Below are positions 29,791 to 45,372 of a stretch of 64,000 bases of DNA, one piece after another (the stretch's first letter is position 1; each line of letters starts with the position of its first letter). A model generated the notes under the pieces. It searched no databases and was not told the DNA's origin. It saw only the letters and a program-made list of their open reading frames with translations. Position numbers and translations under genes: made by a program. Location: positions 9,548,001 to 9,612,000 of the forward strand of contig OX597821.1 of assembly GCA_951406725.2 (NCBI GenBank). Direction: 5' to 3'. Origin of the DNA: Octopus vulgaris. Lineage: Eukaryota.

Positions 29791-30759
29791 CTCCCACCAC
29801 CACACGCACGCACATATAACCAGAAAATTTAATTACTGTTTTTATAGATAATCTAAATCGCATTGTGTGTTTAACTTGAGTTATCGATATGAAACGGAAT
29901 ATCACTTTTACTTCTTATATTTTATACTTTGGCTAATGGCGTGAATACATTAATAAGATTTCTATTTATTTACACATCAGATATCTACGACCACCCTCAG
30001 ATAGAATTGGACTAAAAGACAACAGTATCCGTTAAAAGTGCACAGCTGTAAACTTTGTTGTACAGTTATAGTTGTGAGTGCGTGCATGTATGTATGTGTG
30101 TGTGTGTGCTGTGTGTGTTTGTACGTGTGTGTGTGCCCGTGCATTTCAAAAAGTCGTTGATATTGATATTAAAATGATGAATAAATCTTATTAACGAGTT
30201 AAATGAGATCAATATTACCTGAATGATTTGTAGTAAAGGAATACATCACCATTTTTAATAAATGATGACATGCATTGTTATTCTTGTATTAAATTGTTTG
30301 GGTAGAAGTTTGCACATCGGTAAGCGACTGAAACCTAACAGCTAATCGACGTTATTGATTCATTTCCCTCAATATCCCTAATCCTAATTGAAGATTGGAT
30401 ACACATATTGTTGCTGACATTAATATGTCTGAACAAAGATTAACTGTTATTAAATACTTGATATTAAGATTTGTATTAAATTTATAATTAATTGATATAT
30501 AATTTCATGGATAATGTGCTAAAGAGATACCAAGCTGCGCAGAATATCTACCTATTTAGCGGAGTCTTTCTGTCTGTTTGCGTAAACACAAACAAAACGC
30601 GCGCGCGCATGCACACGCACACACATACATACGCACAAACACACACACAGACATATACAGACACATAGACACAAAGAGGGAGACACACACACATACTCAC
30701 GCACAGACACAAACAGACACACATTGATACAGACAGACACACACACACATATAAACTTA

Positions 30760-32549
30760 GATATGTTTCGACCAAAGATTGGTCCAGGCCATGTCTAACT
30801 TAATAGCACCACCTGATAGGATTATTCGAATCCTGTTTAAGTCAAGTTTTGTTTATGGTCCAATCAAGTAGTGAGTTCTTGTTGGGTGAGTTGTATCCAA
30901 TTATGGGTGGCTTATCTGATATTCTTTGAAGGAATCTATCCAGACTCCGTTTAAAGTTGATGGGATCCTTTCCCTCTTTGATCTGCCTCGGGACAATGTT
31001 AAATAGGGCTGGACCTGTTGAGGAAAATAAATTATGTTGCAGTGTACATGTATGCTGTGATCTTGAATTGGGCAGGGTACGTATGGCCCGTGGTCCCAGT
31101 CTTGGATGAACCTTGAAGCTAATGTTAAGGTCGTTTGGGCAAAGTTAGCGGTATATTCTCCACATCGTACAAATGATGTACCGCTCAAGGCCATGCTGGA
31201 GAGAGTAAAGTTTCAAGGTTTTAAAGCGATCCCAATAATCGAGAGCAGCCATGCCTTCAATTCGTTTAGTGAGTGCCCTCTGGGGTGACTCAATCCTGGA
31301 GACGCTTTGTCTTGTATGGGGAGACCACAGTGGGCAGCAATATTCAAGGTCTGGCCGTACAAAGGAGGAGAAAAGTGGTATGATGACACCTTGTTCTCTG
31401 GACCGGAAAGTTCTTAAGATCCAGGAACTCATCCTACGAGCTATATCGACCTTCTTGTTGATGTGTGCACTCCAACTGAGATCGTCATCAACAATTACAC
31501 CCAGGTCTCTGATATTGTTAGAGGCTGTGAGCGGTTCCCCTGAAGGAAGAGAGTATGGCTGTTTTAGTGAGGAATTTCTTCCAAAATGCATCAGCTCAAA
31601 TTTTCCCTCATTCAGTTGCATTTTGTTTCTGTCTGCCCAATGACTCACAGCATATAGATCAGACTGGAGTTGAGTTCCGACTGCTTCTTCATTGACGATT
31701 TGCTGGAGCTTAGTGTCATCAGCAAATATTTTCACTTTGCAGTAATGTACGACACTGGAAAGGTCGTTTATGTAAATTATGAAGAGTAGCGGACCCAAGA
31801 CAGTTCCCTGGGGAACACCGCTGGTGACTTTTGCTGGGCTTGAGTGGACTCCATCAACTACAACATGTTGTGTTCTATTCGCCAGGAAATACTTAATCCA
31901 GTGTAGAACTTTTCCACGGATTCCAACTTTTGCCAATTTTGAGAGTAGGATATTATGGTCTACCCTGTCGAACGCTTTACTGAAGTCAAGATATATGACG
32001 TCAGAGTTCGAACCTGTTCCCAAGGCTTTGAGTACATCTTCAATGTGGTGTAAGAGCTGTGTTAGACAGTCCCTGCCACAGCGAAAGCCATGCTGATTTG
32101 CATTTAGGAGTTTGTGGGTCTCCAGGATGTCAGCTATCCTTGATCTTAACACTGTTTCAAACACTTTAATGATGTGGGAGGTGAGTGATATTGGGCGATA
32201 GTTGACTGCGAGGGATCTGTTTCCCTGTTTGAAAACCGGGATGACCGACTGGGATAGAAACTGCTTCGGTATATAACCTGCGTCTAACGAATTTCTCCAG
32301 AGGGACTGCAAGTTGGTGTCTACATTCCTTCAGGAGACTAGCTGGGAATCTATCAGGGCCTACAGCAGAGTAGTATTTGACCTCATTTATTGCTGTTACG
32401 ATGTCAGTGGCAGTGAAGGTTATGTCTGAGATTTTGTGTTGGGAGTCAACTTCGTTCGCTTCTCTTACATCAATATCAGTGGGAACACTAAAGACAGAGC
32501 AGTATTGTCTCTGCAGTATTTCTGCCATTTCTTTAGCATCGTAAAACAC
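30760..32549 (-). mobile_element. 5'-truncated CR1-group LINE, ORF2 RT domain with frameshifts
   Basis: ORF 31145-32311: NYRPISLTSHIIKVFE, NQHGFR, YLDFSKAFDRV, SGVPQGTVLGPLLF, FADD, RDLGV, VRPDLEYC; upstream frame 32166-32549 has SAVGPDRFP. Confidence 0.95.
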
Positions 32550-34424
32550 TACTCTGCGTGCAATGTAGCCTCAGTAAAATGTGAGACCAATTGTCAAAAA
32601 TTAGGTAACCCCTCATGTCAGTAATTCGAAGGTGTTAATAAAATATTAAAAATCAGAAAAATGTCATTGTCTGGTAATAGAAGAATACGAATATATATAT
32701 ATATATTTTTACTTTAGTTTGGCATATACGTGGGAATGTGGTACCTAATTATACTTCGCACACTAATTTGTATAACCTACATCTGATTCGTGTTATATTA
32801 TTTTATACGTCTGTTACTTGTAGCATATATTATTATGTATCAAAATGAAAAATTTCTCTTCGACCGTCAGGGTTATATAAGACATCGATATCGTAATTCG
32901 AAATCCAGTTTTACGTCCTGTATGGCTATTCTTTTCATCAATACGTGAACAAAAATACAGTACATCTGAAGGATAAAGTTAAGATATTGTCGTGTAATTT
33001 CTTTTTACTATATTTTTTGTTTCAGACTTTGTAAGACAAACTGCTTCCTTACTAGTAATTTTTTGGCGAAGCAAATTTAAAATACATTCATAAAATATAT
33101 TTCAAGTGATTGCATAGGAGAAAATATCTGATTTATGCACATAAATAGAACGTTCGTATATATGTATATCTATATGTATATAGGCATGTGTGTGTTTATG
33201 CGTAGATGTTGAGATAAATTTCATAGAGAAATCAACATTTCCAATACGTCTAATAATTAGATATATTGCATGCCCCACTCTTAATCAAGATTACGTTTCA
33301 TTGACTATCTAATATTTACTAAATTGTTGAGACTGCTTCTCATAACAGATCAAACGCTCAAAACACATTTTTCAATGCTGTCTGTTAATAATGACTCAGA
33401 TTATGACTTCGCTTGAGTAAATGATAGGAATATTAAATAGTTCACTTAATCAAGTATAATTTTTCCATCTCCCGCAAATGTAGAAAAAGAAAGCAGGAAA
33501 ATATATGACTTCTAGTAAAACAATTGAGCTCACAGCAAACAGCTTTCTAATAAATTTAGTCTTGAAAATCGTTGTCAATTACGTTTCAGGTTTCTTAAAA
33601 ATTCTATACAAATGATGTCAGTTGTAGATTCGAGCGACTACATTTAATTAAAATCTAAAATATATTTCGAATGTTGTTGTACAGGGTACTCAGTGTGTAG
33701 TCCAGATGGTTTTAACATGAATCAATTTAGTCTTTAAGATGTATATTTAACAACGCACGTATGCTTTCATTTGATTATTCAGTAACTACCTACAAGAATA
33801 ACGTAACTGTCACAGTATTAGAAAGTTATTAACATTCAGTCATTCTTAGTAAAATTGTGCAGACAGGATTTGCGAAAATCGTGTTGGATTTAATGTACCA
33901 GTTTCAAGTAATCAAGATAAAGTTTTAATCAGACAGTTGCAAGTGAACACTGTTTGCCTCTCAGGCTTGCACACTTTTCGCAAGTTTATGCATGATGGAT
34001 GCAATTATTAAGGTCATGCATGTACAATATACTCCACAGCCACATATTTAATGTATATAACTTGATGTAAAATTAATATTTGTATAGTTATGTAATTGCA
34101 TCTATGATTGTGACCTACGCAGTAGTGCTGAAAGATTCCTAGCTTTTAAGGTGTCACGAAAGGCCTAGTCTGTGGCCCAACCTTTCGAGGTCTTTTAGAA
34201 AAACTGCAATAAGTAAGTGAACCAGGAGAGGAATATGTTGAAAAAAATCATAATTAACTGACCCTCCTGTATTTTCTTTTGGCCCAAACCAGGAGCAATT
34301 TTGAGTAGCCTCTCTTATGTGTGTCTATGCGTGTGTGTGTGTACATGTGTTAGTGCATGCATGTGTGTGTGCAACGGTGTGAGCGTACGCGCGTTGGTGT
34401 GTGTTTGTACGTGTGAGTGTACGT

Positions 34425-34715
34425 GTCTGTGTGTGATGTGTAGGTTTGTTTGTGTACGTGTGTGTGTGTGATGTGTAGGTTTGTTTGTGTACGTGTGTGT
34501 GTGTGATGTGTAGGTTTGTTTGTGTACGTGTGTGTGTGTGATGTGTAGGTTTGTTTGTGTACGTGTGTGTGTGTGATGTGTAGGTTTGTTTGTGTACGTG
34601 TGTGTGTGTGATGTGTAGGTTTGTTTGTGTACGCGTGTGTGTGTGATGTGTAGGTTTGTTTGTGTACGTGTGTGTGTGTGATGTGTAGGTTTGTTTGTGT
34701 ACGTGTGTGTGTGTG
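34425..34715. repeat. 35-bp minisatellite, about 8 copies
   Basis: TAGGTTTGTTTGTGTAC recurs at 34441, 34476, 34511, 34546, 34581, 34616, 34651 and 34686. Confidence 0.95.
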
Positions 34716-37700
34716 TCTGTCTGTCTGTACGCACGCTTTGATTTATCTTCCTTTGCCCATTCTCTTTTGATCGACGCATGTGCACTTTTATTACTTTGCT
34801 TTTCACAAAAGTATATGCACTGCGTTGAGCGTAACTTCCACCGTCGTAGGCGTGACCCTTTGCCAGTTTGACACTGCTATCAAAGCGGTTACAAAATAGA
34901 CTAGCCTATATCAACAATATATACGGGTACCAGCATGCTTGGCTGATTGCGAGTATTTGTATGCGAGTGTGTGAGTCCTTTCATGCGTGTGTGTGCGAAC
35001 GTATGTGTTTCGTATATATTTTGCAGTTCTAAAATTTCCAAGCCGTGTCAATTTTGTGAAAGGTTCATACACAACATATCGCGTAACCACCATTTCCTCA
35101 CGTGTAGTGCATCATGTAGGTTACCTCAGCTTGTGTATATCTCTTCAGATTCTACATATATTCTTACTAAATATCGTATAGATTATACTAACGTGGTTAA
35201 CTGTTCGTTTTAATGAGATAATTGCAGACGCATACCGAAGGCATCTTTCTTTACAATCATGCTGCTATAGCCTCATGTGTGTTACTTTGAACAGGTGGCT
35301 TTTGCCATGAAATAGACGTTGCTATACTGTCGACTAAACTTAGAGAAACTAGGATGGAAGAAAATATTTGGAAGGCATTCTGATATAATGTATCTACACT
35401 TCAAAGCGCTAATTTTCCTTAGGAATTACATGAATGCCCCACATGTCCATGGAATATTTAGACAATTACTCACAAATTTAATGAGAATACAGTTTCAATG
35501 ATCGAAGAATGGGAACACGCATCACCGCAGCCAATGTAGATCCATTTATACATAGAGAAATAATAATCTCAATTATATCTAGGTGACAACATTGAGTGAA
35601 TTATACAGGTGATAATTATAAATAATGGAATTCCACACGTCACGTCGTAAGTGTTGCTCTACATAACACATCAAAATTTCTTCATAAGCGTTTGGAATGC
35701 TTTCTTATAATGAGGAACTTGGTACTAGCGTCAGCCTATTTCAATTATTACCAGGTTGACACAAACACCAAATTACTCATTATATCAGAATATAGGTCGG
35801 TCAGGCTGTTTTCTGGATCTTAATTATTATTGTTTTTCATTTTCATTTTCTTTGTATGTATGTCTCACAGCATAGGCAGTTCAAAGTGTCCGAAGATATA
35901 CTTCATTTTGTTTTGTTTTTTTAAAAGAAGATTTTCTCGTAGAGATCCTCTCTCTCTCATACACTTTCTATACATACTCTAATACAAACACACCTGAATG
36001 TTTTTGAGTGTTTGTTAGTAGGAATGGCTAAATGAATTTGAGCACACTTTGTGTATATATGCAAGTCTTTATTTTCTTGTTTTTTTTTTCTATTCTTTGC
36101 CATTGCGCTAATGTGTGTCTATATTCGTCCATATCTAATTACTGATTTTCGATGACAAGGCGGTCACAGATTGCATCGATATTGCATACTCGGATACAAT
36201 ATAAGACATTCTAATGGAATCATCTGCCACCTCGCTGGCATTAATACATAAAGTTACTATCTTTAGTGACACTAATTCTCCTAAACGCATTTATAGATGT
36301 TGATTTGCCATTCTACCTTACGAGAGATAAATTTAAATATATGTGATATATTAATCGAAATAACTGAATTTCAGTACAGCGTCTTTGATATTGATTATAT
36401 AGTAAGATTAGACAGGCTCATAAAAATATTTAAAATAATTGCTTATAATACTAACACTAAAACTCTCAGAAGCCTAAGATATTTGATATTTGGAAAGAAA
36501 TACAATGAGTGCGGTAACTACAGTTAAATTTAAAACAACAAAAGCCAAAAGATTTACCTCGACAAATATAAAATGTACGAATTATAACGCGCTGCTCTCA
36601 CATTAGAGATTGAAGGTTGTTTAACGGTGGTCATCTATAAAAACATCCGCAATAAAAACTGGGAAAATATATATCATAAAGCAGATTATAATAAATAGCC
36701 GCCACATATAATATGGCGGGAAAGTAACAAAAAATAATATTGATTCTAGCTTCTCAGAAGTTGACATGAAATGATATATTACAGAATCCTGATATTGGAA
36801 TTCCTGCCAGATCTATTTACTGCTGACATAAATGACAAACTAGAGATACCCAAGGGAAAGCTTTCAAAAAAATAAGAACAGATTATTATTTTGGGATATC
36901 AAATGCACATAAATAGGAACATTATTTCTAATGCACAAATATTGTAGTCAAAGAATAACAGCAGCAACAACAACAGCAACAGCAAAAGCATCATGCTGTG
37001 TCTTAATTTTAGATTTGTATTCAATTTTCCTGTCCTTGAATTTATAATCTCAATTCATCCCTCTCACACACTCTTTTTCTCTCTCTCCCTCTCACTTTGT
37101 ATCTTTCCGTGAATCTCTGTGTGCAAAACACATGTTTCAATTGCTACTAAAAGTAGGTAGGGTGTTTATTTACACTTAGGACTTGCTAGTGCGGGAATCG
37201 TAAGGGAATATCTTCGCATTGTTTATGATTAAATTTAGATTTGAATTTAAATTTCTTGTCCCTGTATTTAATTAATTTCCTGATAGAAACATTTCCCCGT
37301 CTTCCCCCATCTGTACACTGGACAAAACCCACCCACCTCCTATCAGCAACCAGAAGATCCTTTTTACCAACGAAACAGCTATTTGGAAAATGGGCCAAGC
37401 TCTCTGAATGGCCGTGAGAATAACGCTCAGTGCACATATATGACTAGACGGCCAACGTAAGCCCCTTGCTCCTAACATAGGAGACCAAACCTGCAACCTA
37501 TCCAGCAGTGCCCACCTCCACCCCACAGAATATCTCCCCCAAAAGGTAAGAACAGCATGTCGAAGAGTATGAACATTAGCTCTTCATTTTCGACGGCAAA
37601 GAAATTGCACCAAATAAATAACGGTAAAGGCAATGCCACCAATACAGTCAACTATAAGAACGAAGACAAACACAAAAGCTCAAAAACAGAAACGCTCAGA

Positions 37701-37999
37701 GACAGAAGAGCATCGATGGCAACAAAGCCACTGCGATTAGAGGAAATAGTCAGAGAATAATAGATTACAACAGTGCTACTACCACTACCAACATTACAAG
37801 CAAATAATAGTAATACTAATGATAACACGCCCAGAGTATAGCATGAGAGTCATTCCTGTTGTGGTGTCACGACGTGGGAAGAACAATGTTACTCTTAACC
37901 ACAATTACCTTCAAGTCACCGTAGGGAAACATGCTTTCCCTATAACACCACTCCGAGTCCTAGAAATACAAGGTTAGCGTCTGGCGGTGTTAAGCTTGT

Positions 38000-39330
38000 C
38001 TCGTGGAAAGAGGAGTCCCTGGAGATTTCGTCGGCAACCACTCTAGAAAAGGTCACTTAATAAAGACACCGATGGTTGTGTCAACGCAGTATCAAAATTC
38101 TCAGGGGTGTAAATGTCAAATACAAAGATATAAGACAATGGATTGAACGAGACTGGCGCTACAAACAGTGTACAAATGTATAGGTGTGGAACCTCAGTGA
38201 TTTGGCTACCAATCCACCTAGGGATGGTATAACTATAAGAAATACTGGAGATTGCACAACCTTACAAATGCTAGCAGTAAATGAGTGATGCCAAAATTAA
38301 ATAATAACTACAACCGCGCTATCAGGACTGGAGCTGTTTATCCTGATCTGTCACGCACGGCAGGCAGGGGGTTTCTGATCAAGCTCCGGCAGGCTGTCAT
38401 CAAGCTATTGATCAGGACCAAAATCGCAGTCAAATGTCCAAAGAAAAGACTGAAACAGAACATGAAGGTAACATAGAAGGTAAGGGTATTAAAGGCCAAA
38501 TTGAAGAAAAATGATACTAGATGCTAAGGTTTGTAACAGAAAAGACTGCTCCAATCAAATAGAAACAGTACGAGGACAAACGGGCGTCAAAAACTACTCT
38601 ATATACAGTGAGCCAGAAGTTAAAAAAAAAAAGGATATTGGAAAGGACCAAGTGGACGAAGGATCCCTTGAAAATGAATTTGGCATCAATGTTTCGACCT
38701 ATAAACCGTTTGCTACTAATGTGGAAGCTTATGATCGGTGTTATTGCGGAAGGGTTATGCAACCATCCAGAAAGTAACAATCTAGTTCCAGAATAACAGA
38801 ATAGACGCAGGAAAAAAAGTAGGTGAAGAAAAGTAGGAGAAGAAAATATTAATTGATAAAGTGATAATTAGAAATTGTAAACGCAGTTTGACGGGACTGA
38901 ATGTAGCATGGCTAGATTACAAAAACGCGCATAATGGTAAGACACAGTCGGATAAATAAAGCAATGACCATTTGCAGACCTGCATAGACAAACTATTAAA
39001 GACAGTTTATAAAGAACAGGTGATGAAGCACGTAATAGGAGAAATGGACAAGAATGAAATACAAAGAGAGCACGTCAGTTAGATCGAAGAGAAACATCTA
39101 CATGGCCAATTTTGGAGAGCACCTCCTGTAGTAGGTGGAACAAGTCGTGGGAGTGGTCAGAAAAGGGTTATTTAAAAAAGAAACTGATAGCCTAACTCCT
39201 AAATGAAGTAGTCCTAGATCAAGCGATAAGTACAAACAACTTGAGGCTAAAATATGTATTGTGAGATGTTGACAGGAAAATTTTAGTCCGTGGAACATGC
39301 AAAGAGACAGTGGCACACATTGTGACAAAA
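38000..39330 (+). mobile_element. Highly decayed non-LTR retrotransposon (R4/Dong-like RT remnants)
   Basis: STYKPF (NYRPI-like) near 38695 and LNVAWLDYKNA (WIDYKKAYD-like) near 38900; A-rich sense strand; many stops. Confidence 0.45.
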
Positions 39331-39556
39331 TACCCCAAGTAAATAACGTCACCTGGTACTTTTTCATAGTATAAGAGATGAAAATTTTGTATGCAGATAG
39401 AAAAAAATCTTTGACAATTCTGTATATACTATGGCAAACAAACATGTTTTATTTCAATAATATTTTATGAAGTATTCAGTAATATCGTAATTAACATTCT
39501 TCTTAAATTATTTATTTAAATAGGAATAAGTATAAGCATGTAAATATTGATCTCAC

Positions 39557-39941
39557 CTCCAGCGGTTTCATTGACACCAGGAATATCTTCACGCCACAAT
39601 ACAAGTGTGATTCGGGTATAAGTGAAAGCCATGAGACAGAATGGTAGTAAATACAGCGCAATGAATAAAAACATCTGATATATAAACTGCGATCTTTGTG
39701 ACCAGCTTGGTCTACAGGACACTAACCATTTCACGTGGTTGTATCTTATTGGAAGACTTCGATATGTTCGTGCTGTTACCAGATCAGGTGACGCCACGCA
39801 CGCGGACAACAGCCAGATCGTAAGAATGATGTTACGGGCCCGCGATGCTGTGCTCTTGAACGAAAGTGGATGGCAAATGGCATACCAGCGCTCAATAGAT
39901 ATTGCACTTAGCGTTAATACAGAAACAGCAACTGACACAGT
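39557..39941 (-). CDS. Internal exon (TM3 to ICL3) of an orexin/allatotropin receptor-like rhodopsin-class GPCR
   Basis: TVSVAVSVLTLSAISIERWYAICHPLSFKSTASRARNII..W...YLLPFCLMAFTY..I..LWREDIPG closely resembles orexin receptors; acceptor TTCTTTTATTTTCCAG|ACT (phase 0) and donor GAG|GTGAGA (phase 1); 385 nt. Confidence 0.92.
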
Positions 39942-40552
39942 CTGGAAAATAAAAGAAGAAAAATAGATTAATGTACTTTAATCGTTTCAAAGGTTTCTCA
40001 GTAAAAATTTGTATCGATTTATTGCAGAACGTCAAATATATAAAGAATGTTGTCAAATTGCAGTCAAAATATTCAAGAATTTCAAATATATGAGGACGTT
40101 TGTCAAATTGCAGTCTGAATATTTTGGAATACTTGATAAATATTTCATTGGAATGGAAACTCTAAAGAGAAAATATTTCTCTCAAAGTCAGAAAACATTC
40201 GTGAAATTTGAACGTGTTTCAATAGAATTCATGGTAATATTCTTTCTGTGAAGAATAATCACGCATAGTATTAAACGAATCGAAAAGTGTATGCTAAGTC
40301 CTCTAAAATTAACAAGCATTAAAATAACTATGTGCATGAAAGTTAGATGTTGAAATAAACATCACAGTAGAAATAGAGGATGCCTTTGAGATAAACACAA
40401 ACGGTGAAAATAAATATAGAGAAAACTTTGAACTTTAAATGAACTACACTAAATGAGTATTTCACGAGATCATTTTTACAAATTGGAAGAACTTGAATTT
40501 ACTTGTTTTGGTGCATAAAGAGTCAAAAGTATATTACGTTGGAAAATTGGTA

Positions 40553-41689
<1,137 letters not shown>

Positions 41690-42058
41690 GAATTTGTAGT
41701 ACCACCGGATTAGTTCAATCCGTATAATGTACATTAAATTATACATAATTATATATAATATTATATGAATATATATATTATTATATGATTATATATATTT
41801 TTTTCTCAGGAACTATTAGACCTGATACCGTGTATTAGCCGGTGTTCTTTCTTACCTTATTAACATCTTATAATCATCTCATAATAATGACTTTTATGAC
41901 TCTTACGACTACCTCAGTCCATCTAAATGTATATATTTGTCGTTACCTCTCATAAAAAGCCTTTGTTTTTTATTTGCAACGTGCATTTTCGTTGAATTTT
42001 CATATTTTACCCTTACATTTCCACGTGTATTTTATATTTTCTTTTTGTAACATAGTTC

Positions 42059-42157
<99 letters not shown>

Positions 42158-42219
42158 GCATTCTGCCAATTTAGCATTCTACCTTTTTATAATTTTTCCT
42201 TTCCTATATATGTATATAT

Positions 42220-43232
42220 ATATACATTATTGGGGTTGCTGTTACGATTAGTTACACATAGAGCCACACGGATTAGCTATGCCGGCAACACAAAAATAAC
42301 GCAAGCAGTCAAAGAATCTGATGATAATCTTCTATAGAAAAAGCTCGATGCCATATATAAATGGACTGAGAACAACATGCAATTAGGGGCAGGCAAATTC
42401 AAATCCTCCTCTACCAGCTAAGTAGTGCTCAGAAGTCGCAACAACGATTTTCAGGAGCAGCAATCCCAGAATCACATACGGTGCGGGATCATGGGATTGA
42501 TATGAGACTCGATGCCTCGTTCCACGTGCATATGACCAAGATGGTGGCAGTGTACAGACGAAAGGCTGGATTGATTCTGAGAACCTTCAGAACAAAAGAC
42601 CAGGAAACTATGTTGGTCCTATGGAGGACATTTTTCTCAGTCGTGGGGACGACACTTATCAGTTGTAGTCACCTTACAGTCTCGGATTAATAACGAAATT
42701 TGAGACGGTTCAGCGCTGCTACACAAGGAAGATTGCATCAATAGAACAGCTGAACTACTGAGAGAGACTGAAAGAGCTACGTCTCTATTCCCTGGGGTGA
42801 GGACGGAAGAGCTCTGCAGTGATATATGTCTGGAAGATACTAGACGGGATTGCACCAAACTTTGGAATTGGACGTCACTGAACGGTTCCAAAAGTCCCAA
42901 CTGTCTGATCTAATGTGATGTCAATGTACTACAATAGCTTGGGATTCAAGGGCTCTCAGCTATTTAACGCCTTCCCAAAATATCTGGAATATTTCCATAG
43001 AGTAGGGGTAGGTGTTTTCGAGAAACAGCTTGACCTCTTGGTATTCAAGATCCCAGATGAACCAATATCAAAGCAGGAAATATCAATGAACCAATATCAA
43101 AAGAAGGCTGCAGCGTTAATTCCCTCCTCCCCCCAAATCCAATCACATAGAATTGGTCAATTAAATGACGATTACACTAACAGTGCCCCAGCCTGGCCTC
43201 GGTCTTAAGGCTTAAACATAAAAGAATAAGGA
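42220..43232 (+). mobile_element. Decayed CR1-type LINE 3' part with tail
   Basis: RDHGIDM...GLILRTFRTKDQETMLVLWRT and NSLGFKGSQLFNAFPK..IPDEP motifs; tail GTGCCCCAGCCTGGCC...AAACATAAAAGAATAAG. Confidence 0.75.
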
Positions 43233-43245
43233 ATATATATATATA

Positions 43246-43279
<34 letters not shown>

Positions 43280-43291
43280 CCTATCTATCCA

Positions 43292-43322
<31 letters not shown>

Positions 43323-43339
43323 GTCTGTCTGTCTGTCTG

Positions 43340-43402
<63 letters not shown>

Positions 43403-43846
43403 ATGTAAGGATGCATAACTCACGAAACTATGGAAGCAAAGTCTAATACTGGAAAGTAGAATCCCGAAGAGAAAGGAAGATAAAAAGTTAGAGCAATATC
43501 CATGCATTTCATACTATTTTTCATATCACCTAAGAAAATCAACAATTAAAATTATTGTTGCATAAGTTCCAACTAAGAGTAAGACAGGGTGCTTTTTTTA
43601 GTAATCCAAATGATCTAAATCTTACTGGAATAATAAACTTTACTTCACATTTTCATACCATCGTTACCCATACGGTGACATATACAGTGACATACAGACG
43701 TAGACATGTATTTCACACACATATGTTTTGCACATAGTATGTAAATATTATATATATATATGCTATACAATATTCATATGCAATACAATTATTTGCATAT
43801 ATATATATGTGTGTGTATGTGTGTGTGTCAGTGTGTGCGTTTACTG

Positions 43847-44018
<172 letters not shown>

Positions 44019-44732
44019 GGTATTTTTTCTCTTCAGCATCAAATTTATACAAACACTTCTTTCCCCTCTTTCAACGAGAAAAGTATAATTGCATGAAAAA
44101 CCATTGGGTGAAAAAAAATCTGTTTTCTTTCTCATCGATATCATTTCTGTCATCAAAACCTCTAGCCGAGTGTAATATTTAACGCAATGAGTTATAAAAA
44201 AAGTATGCCACAACAATCGCATGAAATGCACATCGTTTTTATAGAGGTAATAAATGCGTGTTATATTTATGTGAAGAACTTTGTAAGCTATTTTCTTAAA
44301 AGCCTTAAATTCTGAAATTATTTTTATGGCTAAATGACCATTACCTGTAATAAAAAAAACACATGTATATAAAAAAAGGATGAATAATATCTTTTATCCA
44401 TTCACTGTGCAAATTTAACATGTATTGTGTATTGCAATACAAACTTGCTTCAAATATAATTTTTCCGTATTTGATATAAAATTAAGAAAGGAAACGATGT
44501 CTATACAATTACGTACTTCACGTATATGTATGTATTTATATATATATATATGTATATATAGGTTATAAAATGAGATAGGGGTTGAAAATTCAACCCACCA
44601 TGGGATAATATATATCCAATATACTGCCAGATAGGTACCCAACAAGATTAATACATAGATGTTAAAAATTGTCAAACAATCAGTTCATCTAATGTATTAT
44701 ATGGGTAAAGGTAATAATATTACCGTAAATTA

Positions 44733-45372
44733 ATACTACAAAATTAGAGAATGGAGAAACATACTTAAATCAATAAAACATCAACTATCCGATGATACCC
44801 AATCAATACTTTAATACACCATTACATATGAGTAGAGGCATTATACAAAAAGAGATATACATTAATAGTAAAAAGATAAAGAGATATAAGTAAAAAATTT
44901 CAAATATAATATGCAATTAATCAAAACTGACAGCTGTTTCGGCAGTGAGGGCAGTCATACCTCATTTAACCTATAAGCCATAAAGGCAGATATAAATGAG
45001 GCATTAACAAGGATGCCCCACGGCCTCTTCAGAGAATTAAATTAAATTTGTTAACAAATTTAATTTAATTCTCTGAAGAGGCCGTGGGGCATCCTTGTTA
45101 ATGCCTCATTTATATCTGCCTTTATGGCTTATAGGTTAAATGAGGTATGACTGCCCTCACTGCCGAAACAGCTGTCAGTTTTGATTAATTGCATATTATA
45201 TTTGAAATGTTTTACTTATATCTCTTTATCTTTTTACTATTAATGTATATCTCTTTTTGTATAATGCCTCTACTCATATGTAATGGTGTATTAAAGTATT
45301 GATTGGGTATCATCGGATAGTTGATGTTTTATTGATTTAAGTATGTTTCTCCATTCTCTAATTTTGTAGTAT
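44733..45372. repeat. 640-bp spacerless palindrome (320-bp arms)
   Basis: Centre GTT|AAC at 45052/45053; arms are reverse-complementary with one mismatch seen and no indels. Confidence 0.95.
45073..45178 (+). ncRNA. Hammerhead ribozyme-like core (Penelope-type minimal hammerhead), mirrored on the minus strand in the left arm
   Basis: CTGAAGA-GGC...GCC-GAAA-CAGCTG-TC; palindromic helix III; helix I weak; loop II ~78 nt. Confidence 0.45.

Noticed and set aside
34425-34715. 35-bp periodic repeat resembling a CRISPR array
   Set aside because: No unique spacers; a TG-derived minisatellite in eukaryotic DNA
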